Both the position numbers and the translations under genes were made by a program. The notes below the pieces were generated by a model. It worked only from the letters and a program-made list of their open reading frames with translations, was not told where the DNA came from and did no database searches. A stretch of 63,664 nt of DNA, filler included, from Chiloscyllium plagiosum (taxonomy: Eukaryota), in assembly GCF_004010195.1 (NCBI RefSeq). It is 4 parts of one record of this genome, joined end to end, with 100 filler letters (N's around TTAATTAATTAA, not from the genome) between each part and the next. Parts side by side here need not be neighbours in the genome. Positions count along the whole stretch, not along the records: positions 1 to 30,569 come from NC_057712.1; positions 30,670 to 48,073 come from NC_057712.1; 2 more parts are not named here. One strand, given 5' to 3'. How positions within the stretch are numbered: the first letter of the stretch is position 1; every line of letters starts with the position of its first letter. Below, piece after piece: positions 26,051 through 38,614 of the stretch.

Positions 26051-28757
26051 GAGTCATAGAATCATACAGCACAGAAACAGACTCTACAGTCCAACTTGTC
26101 TGCACCGATCAGACATCCCAGTTTGACCTAGTCCTATTTGCCAGCATTTGGCCCATTTCCCTCAAAACCCTTTCTATTCATATACCAGTCGCTATGCCTT
26201 TTAAATGTTGTAATTGTACCAGCCTCCACCACTTCCTCTGGCAGCTCATTCCATATACACAACACCTTCTGATTGAAAATGTTGTCCTTAGGTCCCTTTT
26301 AAATCTTTCCCCTCTCATATTAAATCTATGCCTTCTGGTTTTGGACTCGCCCACCCTGGGGAAAAGATCTTGTCTATTCATCCTACCCATGCCGCTCATA
26401 ATTTTATAAACCTCTATAAGGTCACCCCTCTGATGATCCAGGGAACATAGCCCCAGTCTATTCAGCTTCTCCCTATAGCTCAAATCCTCCAACCCTGGCG
26501 ACAGCCTTGCAAATCCTTTCTGAACCATTTCAATGTTTACAAGATAAGCATACCAAATGCCTTCTTCATTATCCTATCTACCTGCAACTTCCCTTTCAAG
26601 AAACTATGAACCTGATCTCCAGGGTCTCTTTGTTCACCAACACGCCCCTGGACCTTACCATTATGTGTATAAATCCTGCCCTAATTTGCCTTTCCAAATT
26701 GCAGCATCTCACATTTATCTAAATTAAACTTCATCTAGCACTCCTTGGCCCATGGGCCCAACTGATCAAGATCTCGTTGTACTCTGAGGTAATCTTCTTC
26801 GCTGTCCATTACACCTCCAATTTTGGTGTCATCTGTAAACTCACTAATCATATATCCAATGGTCACATCTAAATCATTTATATAAATGACAAAAAGCAGT
26901 GGAACGAGCACCGATCTTCGTGGCACACTGCTGGACATAGGCCTCCAGTCTGAAAAGCAACCCTCCACTACCACCCTCTGTCTTCTACCTTCGAGCCAGT
27001 TCTGTATCCAAATGGCTAGTTCTCCCTGTATTCCGTATGATCTAACCTTGCCATGTTACCAGTTTACCATGATGAATCTTGTTGAATGCCTTACTGAAGT
27101 CCATATAGATCATGTCCACTGCTCTGCCCTCATCAATCCTCTCTGTTACTTCTTCAAAAAACTCAATCAAGTTTGTGAAATTGATTCCCAATGCACAAAG
27201 CCATGTTGACTATCCCTAATCAGTTCTTGCCTTTCCAAATACATGTAAATCCTATCCATCAGGATTCCCTCCAACTTGTCCCCCACTGATATCAGGCTCG
27301 CAGGTCTATAGTTTCCTGGCTTTTCCTTACCACCTTTCTTAAATAGTGGCACCACATTAGCCAATTTCCAGTCTTCTGGCACCTCACCTGTGTCTCTCGA
27401 TGATACAAAAATTTCAGTAATGGGCCCAGCAATCACTTCTCTCGCTTCCCACAGAATTCTAGAGTGCACCTGATCAGGTCCTGGAGAATTTATCCACCTT
27501 TACACTTTTTAGGACATCCAGTACCTCCTCCTCTGTAATATGGACATTTTTCAAGAGGTCACTATTTATTTTCCCACATCCTCTGTCTTCCATATCCTTC
27601 TACACAGTAAACACTGATGAAAATTACTCGTTAAATATCTCCCCCGTCTCCTGCAGTTCCACACATAGGTGGCCTTGATGATCTTTAAGGGGCCTTATTC
27701 TCTCCCAAGTTACCCTTTTGTCCTTTATAAAATCCCTTTGGATTCTTCTTAACCCTATTTTCCAAAGCTATCTCATGTCCCCTTTTTTCCCTCCTGATTT
27801 CCCTCTTAAGTATACTCCTTCTGCCTTTATACTCTGCTAGGAAATCACTCGATTTCTGCTGTCTATACCAGACAAATGCTTCCTTCTTATTCTTGACCAA
27901 AATCTCAATTTCTTTAGTCATCCAGCATTCCCTACACCTATCAGCCATGCCCTTCACCTTAGCAGGAACATACTGTCTTTGGACTCTTGCTATCTCATTT
28001 TTGAAGGCTTCCTATTTTCCAGCCATCTCTTTACCTGCTAATATCTGGCCCCAAGCAACGTTTGTAAGTTCTCGTCTAATACCATCAAAATTAGCCTTCC
28101 TCCAATTTAGAACTTTAAATTTTAGATCTCGTCTATCCTTTTGCATCACTATTTTAAAACTAATAGAATTATGGCTGCTGGCCCCAAAGCACTCCTGCAC
28201 TGACACCTTAGTCACCTACCCTGCCTTATTTCCCAAGAGTAGGTCAAGTTTTTGCACCTTCTCTAGTAGATATGTCCACATACTGAATCAAAAGATTTTC
28301 TTCTACACGCTTAGCAAATTCCCCTCCATCCAATCCCTTAATACAATGCAGTCCCTGTCAATGTTTAGAAAGTTATAATTCCCTATTGTAACCATCCTAT
28401 TATTCTTACAGATAACTGAGATGTCTTTACATATTTGTTTCTTAATTTCCCGCTGACAGTTTGGGGGGGTCTATAGTACAACCCCAATGAGATAATCATC
28501 CCTTTCTTATTTCTCAGTTCACCTAAATAACTTGCCTGGACGTATTCCCAGAATTTTCCTCTCTAAGTATAGCTGTAATGCTATCTCTTATCAAAACACT
28601 ATTCCCCCTCCTCACTTGCCCTCCTTTTTGATCCTTCCTGTAGCATCTATACCCCGGAAAAGTGAGCTGCTTGTCCTGTCCATCCCTGAGCCACATCTCT
28701 GTAATTGCTATGGTATCCCAGTCCCATGTTCCTAACCGTGCCCTATGATCATCTGCC
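26051..28757 (-). mobile_element. Near full-length CR1 ORF2 copy, pseudogenised
   Basis: WDWDTIAITE, SHNSISFK, VPEDWKLANVVPLFKKG..NYRP, SSVPRRSVL, FTDDTK, RGDLIEVYKI, 3' tail. Confidence 0.95.
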
Positions 28758-30474
28758 AAAGTTTTATTTAAGGCAAAGTTACATTACTATTTAAGTGATT
28801 TATGCTGAAAATAAAGTATAACAGTGATGCATTATATTTCAGTTACTTAGTGTGTGCTTTTACATTGATTATGTGCACCTCTTGATCAACCAAAATATTT
28901 GATGAAGTGACTCACTCCTGGTCCCATAGGTGCCAGTAATTAAAAGGTTTGCTGTCTTATGAATCAAACATAGAATGAGAGTTATAACATTTATTTTAAT
29001 CAAATTAAGAAGTAAAATTTTGATGCTTATTTTTATACTTAGCAAATCTTGGGAAAAAAACTTTGCAGCATTGCCCAGGATCCTGGTATTGGTTCCAGCC
29101 AATGCTGTTGGCTCCATGTCTTGGAAGTTGTAATGTGTCAAAGACTGATAACATATGACGGCACCATCTGGACCCTGGATCATTCAACAAGACATCAAGG
29201 ATATATTTGGATATTTTAATCCCATGGTTTTTAATAACTCTGCATCAAGTCTTTCATTGGGATATATCATGTGCTGTGTAATAGGGCATGTGTTAACCGG
29301 AGAATGAGGTTGAATGGTTGGAGAGAGATGTATGAATAAATGTTCTCCTTTCTACTGTATCCATATTCCTCAACTCCACTTATTGCCTCTTAGAGCTCAC
29401 CTTCTCTGTCTCTATTCCCACTAGGCAGCTTTCCTTATTGATTCCCATGTTAGCTGCTCCTACTTCCGTTGCATTAACATCACAAATTAATATTCCTCGC
29501 CGGTCAACATCTATACTTGCTCAACCAGACATGACCTACGGAAGTGGCAGTCCTGATAAATTGAAATAAGCTTGGGTCTTGAAGATTTCACGTGATGGGG
29601 CTGGACCTATATTCTTTGGTAGCTTTTTCCATTATGGGAAGAAAGATTGCTAATGTACTGTTTTGGTAACAGATGGGCCCTAGTGTTCATTTCTGGGATG
29701 GGTGCACAGAAGTGGGAGAAATCTTGGCTCTACGAACCCAATCTTTAGAAATGGCCACTGTACTTCCAATTGTTTGGTCCTGGGATATGGACTGGATAGG
29801 GAATTGGGTCAGGTAACTCAGAGGTAAAGAGGCTGCCAGCTCTGAAGGCAAACTGATGCACCAGCACAGTATACAAATTTTAAAAATAATCATCAAAATA
29901 GGAACCATCCGTCCTGTTCCCACCCACTTACACCCTCACTCTCCATGCCCTATCCACGCCAACCTATCTTCTGTATCTGTCCCAACAAACCCTCATATAC
30001 CTGTGCCACCCTATGCCCTTCTTATGGGCCCTTCAAGTTCCATATGTCTCCAAATATCTCCATAGCCCTTTGTGGTCTCTGTGTCAACTTGATGGCAACT
30101 CATACCCCACCACTGGCCTTCTTCTCCAGAGCAACTCAGCAATTGTCCAGAATGGGCATTACTCAGGAGCCTCCAGTTAGAAAATAAAGTTAGCAGCCTA
30201 TTGATTGTGTCACAATTTAAAATAAATGCTGACAATTGTTTTCATTATATTAGCTTTCGGTTACATGTTAAAACTTACATGTTAAAACAAACATTTCACT
30301 CAAATGAACCACGTCTCATGTGAGAAAATCATCACCAAGCCTGCCATTTCCACCTCTGTAACATCACTCAACTTATTCTTGACTCAGCTTGTCTGCTTAT
30401 CCATAGTTAGTTATCTTGACAATAACAACTCTATCAGACTCCTGACCAGTCTCCCACATACTACTGTTTGTAAA

Positions 30475-30835
30475 CCACCTTCACGCTGATTGATGATGTC
30501 ACTTCTGCCCCCATCATGGCCACTCCCACAGCCACTTCCGGCCCTCACATCATCGCCGATGCCACACGCNNNNNNNNNNNNNNNNNNNNNNNNNNNNNNN
30601 NNNNNNNNNNNNNTTAATTAATTAANNNNNNNNNNNNNNNNNNNNNNNNNNNNNNNNNNNNNNNNNNNNCACCCTCCTCTAGATTATCTCTCCACGCTTC
30701 AGGCTCTCTGCTTTTATTCCTGATGAAGGGCTTTTGCCCAAAACGTCGATTTTGCTGCTCGTCGGATTGCTGTGCTCTTCCAGCACCACTGATCCAGAAT
30801 CTGGTTTCCAGCATCTGCAGTCATTGTTTTTACCT
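30475..30835 (+). mobile_element. Penelope-like insertion spanning an assembly gap
   Basis: 13-bp TSD tactgtttgtaaa at 30462-30474 and 30836-30848; family-B terminus with ctgatgaagggcttttgcccaaaacgtc at 30720. Confidence 0.75.
30570..30669. other. Artificial scaffold gap (44 N + TTAATTAATTAA + 44 N)
   Basis: Identical 100-bp pattern at three positions. Confidence 0.98.
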
Positions 30836-33130
30836 TACTGTTTGTAAAATCTAGGCCATTCACATAATTGCTCTGTGGCCTTCAGAGAACTTGCAGCACA
30901 TGCCTTCACACATCATACTCCTCCTCACTGATTATATTGGCTCCAATTTAAACAATGCCCTGATTAGAAAATTCTTATCCTTGTTTTTGAATTCCTGTCA
31001 TGGCCATTCCCTCTTTATCTATGTAACCGCCTCCAGCCCTATGACTCTCTGAGAAATCTGCATGCCTTTAAACAAGGCATCTTGAGCATCCTAAATTTTA
31101 ACTATTCAATTTTAACTGTTGAATGCTGTGATTTAAGCAGCCTCCACCCCAAACTCTGAAATTGCTCCCCTGACATTTCTCCTCCTTCTTAAAAGTACTC
31201 CTTAAAACATATCTCTGACTGAGAATTTGATAATTTCACAGGACTCAGTTTCTTATCTTGTTATGGGTGCCTTGGGACATTTCTTTATGTTAAAGCACTA
31301 TATAAGAACAGCTTGTCAATGTTGTTCCCCCTAGCTTTTCACAAGCATGTTACAAACTTGACATTGCAACACGAAGGACAGTGGATTTGTTTTTATTCTT
31401 TCATGGAATCTCAGCATTTCTGGCCAGGCAGCATTTATTGCCCATTTGTAATTGTCCCTGAGATGATGGTGATGAATCGATGAACCACTACCATCTCTTT
31501 GATGTAGGGACATGCACAATGCTATTAGTACTGGAGGGGAACTTGTATGATGAAATGGCGGTGTTCCATATATTTGCTGCTCTTGTCCTTCTAGATGACA
31601 ACTCTTTCAAGGTTGGACGCTGCTGTCTAAGAAGCATTGGTGAGTTACTGCAGTGCATCTTGTATATGGCACACACTGCTATACTTCAATGAGTAGTCGA
31701 TGGCATGCCAGGCAAGTGGGTTGCTTTGTTCTGGATGGTATTAAGCTCCTTAAGTCTTGTTGGAGTTACTCTTATCCAGGCAAGTGTTGTGTTCCATCAT
31801 GTACTGACTTGTGCCTTGCTGATGGTGACCAGACATAAGGGAGTCAGGAGAAAAATGATGAATTACTCAGTGTTGAATTTCCAGCCTCTGACCTGCTCTT
31901 GAAGGCATAGTAATTTGAAAGTTGGTGCAATTCAATTTCTAGTCAATGGTGATGGTGGAGATTCAGCACTGGTGAAGCAGTGTATATCAAAGAGATATGG
32001 TCAGATCTTTTCTTATTGGAGACTTGCCCTTGAGTTTGTAGCATAAACGTCATTTGCCAATTAACAACACACACCTGATGTTTTCCAGGTTTTGCTATAT
32101 ATTGGCATGCATTTGACATCTTTATTTAAGGAGTGACAAACAGGGCTTATCACTGAATTAATAAAATTGTACATCTGTGGGATGTTGATTTCACTGGCTG
32201 GGCAAGCATTTATTGTCCATCTCTAACTGAGATGGTGATAAGCTGCCTTTTTGAACTACTACGGTCAGCCTGATGTATATACACCCAGAGTGTTGTTCGA
32301 GAGGGAGTTCCAGGATTTTGACCCAGCGACACCGAAAGAAGGATGATATATTTCCAAGTCAGGATGGTGAGTGGCTTGGAGGGGAACTTGCAGATACTTG
32401 TTCCCATGTATCTGCTGCCCTCATCCTTCAATGTGTGAGAGGATGTATGTTTGGAAGGTGCTGCCAAAAGGACCCTGTTAAGTTGGTACAATGCACTTTG
32501 TACATAGTAGTATGAACTGCTATCATTGTTGGTCAGTCGTGAATGTTGTAAGTGTTAAAGTGAGAGCCAATCAAGTGGGCTGCTTTGTCCTGGATAGTGT
32601 TGTGCTTATTGAGTGTTCTTAGAGCTGCACTCATCCAGAAAAGTGGATCACGTCACAGTCTTTACTTGTGACTTGCAGATGGTGGTTGGGCACTAGGGAG
32701 TCACAAGATGAGTTATTCAATTCAGAATTCTCAGCCTCTGATTTGCTTTTATAGTTGTGGTATTTATATGGCTTGCCCAGTTCAGTTTCAATTCAGCTGA
32801 GAGACCATGGTGAAACAGGGTGTTACTGAGCAGGTTATTGCTGAGTAAATTTTGCCTGATGTTGATGCTGCCTTCTATCGCATTACAGATGATCGAGAGT
32901 AGACTGATGTGATGGTAATTTGTCATGTTTGATTTGTCCTGTTTTTTATGTACAGGACATACTTGGGCAATTTTCCACTTTGTCAGATAGGTGCCAATGT
33001 GGTAACTGCACTGGAACAGCTGAGCTAGTTCTGGAGCACAAGTCTTCAGTAATACTGAGAGAATGTTTGAGGCCTATAGCTGTTGCAGTAACCAGTGCAT
33101 TAAGCTGTTACTTGATTGCATGTAGTGTGA

Positions 33131-33343
33131 GCTGAAAATGTGTTGCTGGTAAAGCACAGCAGGTCAGGCAGCATCCAAGGAACAGGAGAATCGACGTTTC
33201 GGGCATAAGCCATTCCTGATGAAGGGCTTATGCCCGAAACATCGATTCTCCTGTTCCTTGGATGCTGCCTGACCTGCTATACTTTACCAGCAACACATTT
33301 TCAGCTCTGATCTCCAGCATCTGCAGACCTCACTTTCTCCTCC
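33131..33343. mobile_element. Family-A fold-back element
   Basis: 14-bp TSD tgcatgtagtgtga (33117-33130, 33344-33357); ctgatgaagggcttatgcccgaaac. Confidence 0.9.
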
Positions 33344-33929
33344 TGCATGTAGTGTGAATCAAATTGGCTGAAGGCTGGTATCTGTGATATTGGGGACTTC
33401 CAGACAATATCAAGATGGATAATATTTAGGTATGGCTGGTGTTACCCCAGGTATGCAGTCTTCCACTCTTCATTGTTCCAGACTGAATTTGCGGCAATTG
33501 CAATTGGAGAGTGAGAATATGCTGAACCATAAGGTTACAGATCGTGTTTGAGAATGATCTTGCTGCTCTTGAAGGCCTGCAGATGTCAGTAAGGAGGAGC
33601 TAATGTTGGTCTCCAGAGCCTTGGCCAATGCCCAGAGTCTGTCCATTTGAGACATTGTTGCCTTGCTATCAAGGGCAGTGACTTTCACCTCATTCTTTGC
33701 ATTCAACACATTTATTCATATTTGGACCAAGGCTGTAATAATGTCTGGAGCTCGTAAACTTGATAGAATGTGAATTCAGCAGTTTATTGATGTCAAAGTA
33801 CTGTTAGTTCTGCAAATGACATCTTTCATCACTTTGCTTGTGATCAAGAGTAGATTGATGGAGTAATAATTGGTCACATTAGATTAGCTCTTCTTTGTAG
33901 ACAGTACATACCTGGCTATTTTCCACTTT

Positions 33930-34745
33930 ATGGAAAAGAAATCAGAGTGAATGTTTCAGGTCCAGTGACCCTTCTTCAGAACTGATGATAGCTAGGAATC
34001 AATTATCAGTTCTGAAGAAGGGTCACTGGACCCAAAATATTAACTCTTATTTCTCTCCACGTATGGCAGGTCTCATTTTGAGCTGGATCATGCCTAGTGC
34101 AGGCCTCGTGGTTGGACTCATATGGCTGCATTGTATTGTTAGCTGGTGAGGGCTCTTCAGAGGAACAGGGAGGGAATGATGCGTTGCATGGATTCAGAAA
34201 TTCAGAGATGAGAAGACAGAGAATGCTGAATGCAACCTGCCATGAAACAGCAGAGGCCCATTATCCCAGAGAGACCCTGGCCGGAGCCTGTGAGAAAATC
34301 CTTAAGCCCACAACCGAGACCTTGGAGCCCGTTACTGAGACCCCAGAACCTGTTTGAGACCCCACAGCCCATACCGAAACCCATTACCGAGACCCCAGAG
34401 CGTGTTACCGAGACCCCGGAGCCTGTTACAGAGACCCAGGAAGTTGTTTCAGAGACTCCAGCTGATGTCAAGAGTGACAGGAGGAATAACAGAGGAGGAA
34501 CAAGAAGAAGAGTGAAAGATGACCTCTATTGCAGTAAAACCTTACATTATATTCAGTGTTACAAGATGGCACTGGAGCGTGGCACACTTTGCATGTATCA
34601 CACAAGAAAATCCCAATTGCTGTATTTTTATGTAAATGTGACAATAAATCTAAATCTAATTGAATCTAAGACACTGCCAGAACTGTTGAGATTTTCCAGT
34701 AATTTCTGGTTTTCTTTCTGATTTCAGCATCCATTGTTCTTTTGG
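33930..34745. mobile_element. Family-D fold-back element interrupted by a ~600-bp insert (~34063-34668)
   Basis: Inverted gtccagtgacccttcttcagaact / agttctgaagaagggtcactggaccc; arm resumes at agacactgccagaactg (~34669). Confidence 0.7.
34313..34469 (+). repeat. 21-bp minisatellite, consensus ACCGAGACCCCAGAGCCTGTT (TETPEPV)
   Basis: About 7 units, with one frameshifting deletion region. Confidence 0.9.
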
Positions 34746-34999
34746 TTATCGATTTCCACATCGTTGGGTAGATTTAGTGCTGTAGCTGTGCAGGAGTACA
34801 AATTCTTAATACTATTACTGGGAGCTTGTCAGGATCTTTGGTGTATGCTGTGCCTTTAACCATTTCTTGACGCCACACGGAGTGAATTAAATTGTCTGAG
34901 GAATTACATCTGTGCTGCAGAGACCTCTGTCGGAGCTCAGATGGAGAAATGGCTTGGTGTTTCTAGCTAAATATGTGTCAGCCTTGTCTTTTTCATTGT

Positions 35000-35068
35000 C
35001 GAAAAGCACAGCAGGTCAAGCAGCATCCAAAGAGCACGAGAATCGACGTTTCGGGCATAAGCCCTTCA
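35000..35068 (-). mobile_element. Single-arm family-A fragment
   Basis: gaaaagcacagcaggtc..gacgtttcgggcataagcccttca flanked by ttg.ctttttcattgt repeats. Confidence 0.7.
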
Positions 35069-36951
35069 TTGCCTTTTTCATTGTTGTGCTGGACTCCTCT
35101 ATGAAGGTATTCATGGAGCCTCTCTTCTAGTTGCTTTGACTGTCCACCACTCTTCATAACTGATGTCACAGAATTTCATTGTTTTGATCTGATCCATTCT
35201 TTGTGTGATCATTTAGCCCTGTCTGTTGCATGCTGCTTTCACTGTCTGACACCATCCAGGACAGTGCAACTGGTTTGCTTGGTACCCCATCCACCAAGTG
35301 TATCTGTCACTCTTTTCACTACTGATGCATTGTATCAATATTATATACCATTTGCAAGATACACCGCAATAATTCATCAAGACTTCTCAAATAGTACCTT
35401 CTATACCCACAACTTCTAACACCTACAAGGACATGGGCAGTAGATGCATGGGAACCACTATTACCACCTGCATGTTCCCCTCCAAGCTACACAACATCCT
35501 GACTTGGAACTGTTGCTATTGTGCACTGGTAGTGGACATGAATTGGGAAGACAAGAGGTAAACTACTTGCTGCAAATTTTCTACATTCTGACTTGCTGTT
35601 CTTAGTCACAATATTTATATTGCTGGTGTAATTCAATTATTGGTCAATGGGAGTCCCCAGGATGTTGGTAATGGGGAATTCAGTGATGTTGAATGTCAAA
35701 GAAGATGGTTAGGATTCTCTCTTATTGGTGTGACACAAATGTTACTTGCTACTTATCAGAACAAGCCCAAGTGTTATCAAGATCTTGCTGCATATGGGCA
35801 GAGTGTTTCAATATCTGAGGAATCATAATGATGCTGAACATTGAGCAATATTCAGTGAACATACCATTTAGAGTCATAGAGGTGCATAGCACAGAAACAG
35901 ATCCTTCAGTCCAACTCATCTAGGATATCCAGTCAGCATGGACAAGTCTAGTCTCATTTGCCAGCATTTGGCCCATATCACTCTAAAACCTAACTGTTCA
36001 TATACCCATCTAGATACTTCTGACCTTATGATGGAGGAAAGGTCATTGATGGAGCAGCTGAAGATGTCCCGGAGCTGATTTGACTGACTTTCAGCATTCA
36101 CAAATATCTTCCTTTGTGCCAGTTTTGACTCCAACTAGAGGACAGTTTTCACTGATTGCCATTGAATCCAGTTTTGCTCATGCTCTTTAATCTCATACTT
36201 AGTCAAATGCTGCCTCAATGTTGAGAGGTCTCATCACACCTCATCTATGGAGATTAGTTCCTTTCCCCACATTTGGATGAAGTTCACAATGAGATCAGAA
36301 CCTAAGTGGCCTAGGCAGAACCCAAACTACATATCAGTCAGTGGGCTATTCCTTTGCAAAAGCTCTTTAAAGGCACAGTTGATGGCCCCTTCCATCACTT
36401 TACTGATGATTGAGAATAGACTGATAGGGGGTAATTGATTGGGTTAGATTTATCTAGCTTTTAGTGTACAGGACTTACCTGGGCAATTTTCCACACTGTT
36501 GGGTAGATACCAATAGTATAACTGTACTGGGACAGCTTAGCTAGGGGAGCAGCAAATTCTGGAGCACAAGTCTTCAGCACAATTGCTGGAACTTTGAGAG
36601 GGCCTTTGGTCTTTGTAGTATGTTGATTTTGGGGTGTTGTGATCACAGTTACATAACATAGGCTGTCGACAATTCGTTGCAATATTCTCATTGTTTATAG
36701 AAATGCAAGTTTAGATGAGGTACTTTAGTTAATTAAGCAAAAGAATTAAATATATGACCCGAGACAGATGAGAATGCTTTACTGATCCCAAAGTTCTACA
36801 AAATGCAGCAATAGAAGCAGCACACTTCCACATTTCAGATACGTTGCAGTTTTTTGTGGTTGTCTTTGGTGGTCTTCATAACAAAAATCTTTGCTTTTCC
36901 CTTGGGTTGATATTTAGATGGTGACTTGACCCCAGGATCCTCTCATAGCTG

Positions 36952-37147
36952 TCCATCCCCACCTATCCCAATTTCAGGGCCAGCAATCTCTGGCTCAGAG
37001 GTTTAAGACAGCTGAATGATACAACAATGACTATAAGCAGCTCCCCATATCCATCCCCACCTATCCCAATTTCAGGGCCAGCAATCTTTGGCTGAGAGAT
37101 TTAAGACAGCTGAATGATACAACAATGACTATAAGCAGCTCCCCATA
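36952..37147. repeat. 98-bp tandem duplication
   Basis: Units 36952-37049 and 37050-37147, three mismatches. Confidence 0.95.
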
Positions 37148-37651
37148 ATGTCCCCTTTCCTACCTCCATTTGAAGGTTTGTTTGCATTTCTACTAAGAAT
37201 AAAAAACTCTTTTTTTAAAACATTGTATTCATAATAGGGTAGTGCAGCACCTGATAAATCTTTGGTGTTAGTCATGACCTCAGTGATCCTTAAAACCTGT
37301 CAACTGTTCTTATATATGGGAGATCCAGCAGTTGTGGAGACAGGGTCATTGGGGCATTTAAGAGACCTCTGGACATGCATACATGAGGATCAGTGGTCGG
37401 TACAACATCATGGGCTGAAGGGCCTGTTCTGTGCTGTACTGTTCTATGTTCTATCTGTTTATATATGCAGAAGCCTAGTAACTGCTGTAAAATTCAGGCT
37501 GCACAGAAAATATTAAATACAAAAACTGACAGAATTTCAGTTTTAAAGGGGACTCTAATTTTCAACAAATATCCAGTGCCTTTAGTCATTTCTTGTCATC
37601 ACAGTGAGTGAGTCGAATTGATTGAAATTTAGTTGTCAGATCACTGAAGCT

Positions 37652-37803
37652 GAAGAGTGTGGTGTTGGAAAAGCACAGCCGGACAGGCAGCATCTGAGGA
37701 GCAGAAGTTTTGACGTTTTGGGCATAAGCCCTTCATCAGGAATTTCCAGCACCACACTCTTCGACTCTGATCTCTAGCATCTGCAGTTCTCACTTTCTCC
37801 TAA
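37652..37803. mobile_element. Family-A fold-back element just downstream of the PLB1 stop
   Basis: TSD atcactga(a/t)gct (37640-37651, 37804-37815); minus-strand motif ctgatgaagggcttatgcccaaaacgtc. Confidence 0.8.
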
Positions 37804-38127
37804 ATCACTGATGCTATCAGCACAGTGCTCCTGGGTTTCTAAAAGACTAAATACAATGTGGAATGCATAATGGTATAAAATCAAACTATAGAGAGCCATT
37901 TTCTAAAAATTGAATGCAGGACTTTTAAACTTATCCCAAGGAAATAGAATATCCTTTACTGTGAATAGATAGATGACACAGCCTTCTCTAACCTCAAATT
38001 GATTGGGAAAATATAAAAGCAGAGAGACAAAGGCCAATTCAACATTAAAAAGAATTCAGTAACATTATGGGGCAATTTGTACTCATTTCCAGTTTTTAAG
38101 TATTCTCCATATTCTAGGATTTCATGT

Positions 38128-38316
38128 TTAGAATGACCAGGACCAATGCTGTCCTAATATCGCTGCAACCATTGCTGTTAGAACAATAAGCCAAACTCTT
38201 TGCTCTGCCGTGGGCACTCCTTTAGCTGTAGTAGTCACTGTTGTCAATGTAGGTTTTGTTGATGTGTTTTCTGGTTTGATTGCACTGTTTCTATGTGTGA
38301 ACAGATAGGGTGCATC
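38128..38316 (-). CDS. PLB1: Phospholipase B1-like, terminal coding exon
   Basis: Acceptor tttacaccttttctag|; DAPYLFTHRNSAIKPENTSTKPTLTTVTTTAKGVPTAEQRVWLIVLTAMVAAILGQHWSWSF*; start matches recalled human ESPYLYTLRNS. Confidence 0.88.
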   Translation of the reverse strand, partial: DAPYLFTHRNSAIKPENTSTKPTLTTVTTTAKGVPTAEQRVWLIVLTAMVAAILGQHWSWSF

Positions 38317-38614
38317 CTAGAAAAGGTGTAAATAAAAATAAACATTAATAATTTGGTTAAATGACACTTGGGTCTATGTTCAAGTTACTGCTGCATGTGT
38401 TTGTAATATTATACAATCCATTTCCTGATGAAGATAACTGTAGATTTAAGGCTTCTGTTATAGATAGAGCACAGATTCTAGGTGTGAAATTAAAATAAAT
38501 ATTCAAATAAACATTTGTGTATTTTATATCTTGGTTTGTTAGTATAAGAAAGTTGTACATGCACTTTGCATACATAATACATAAACAATACAATGACTCT
38601 AGGTGACCAAAAAG

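Larger units (their letters stand above)
30330..31325 (+). mobile_element. L2-like LINE 3' fragment split by Penelope insertion
   Basis: TK.A.FHL.NI-like, HWL, KILILVFE-like remnants; tail similar to 20413-20772. Confidence 0.55.
31390..36620 (-). mobile_element. Mosaic of old CR1-group LINE fragments (distinct family)
   Basis: PAIVLKTCAPEFAAPLAKL.QYSY..GIYPT.WKIAQV.PVH (36461-36691), NYHHISLLSII..LNW.SHIN..KANQRL.IL (32717-32926), repeated agcatttattgccc 3' ends. Confidence 0.7.

Noticed and set aside
29535..29600. ETS-like (cggaagtg) and E-box (tcacgtga) motifs
   Set aside because: Isolated short motifs, no CpG island or linked gene
30614..30625. Recurrent TTAATTAATTAA palindrome
   Set aside because: Always centred in exactly 100-bp N gaps; scaffolding linker, not biology
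34313..34469. CRISPR-like or intact gene interpretation of the 21-bp repeats
   Set aside because: Head-to-tail units without spacers; the repeat frame is broken, so ORFs 34097 and 34230 are not called as genes
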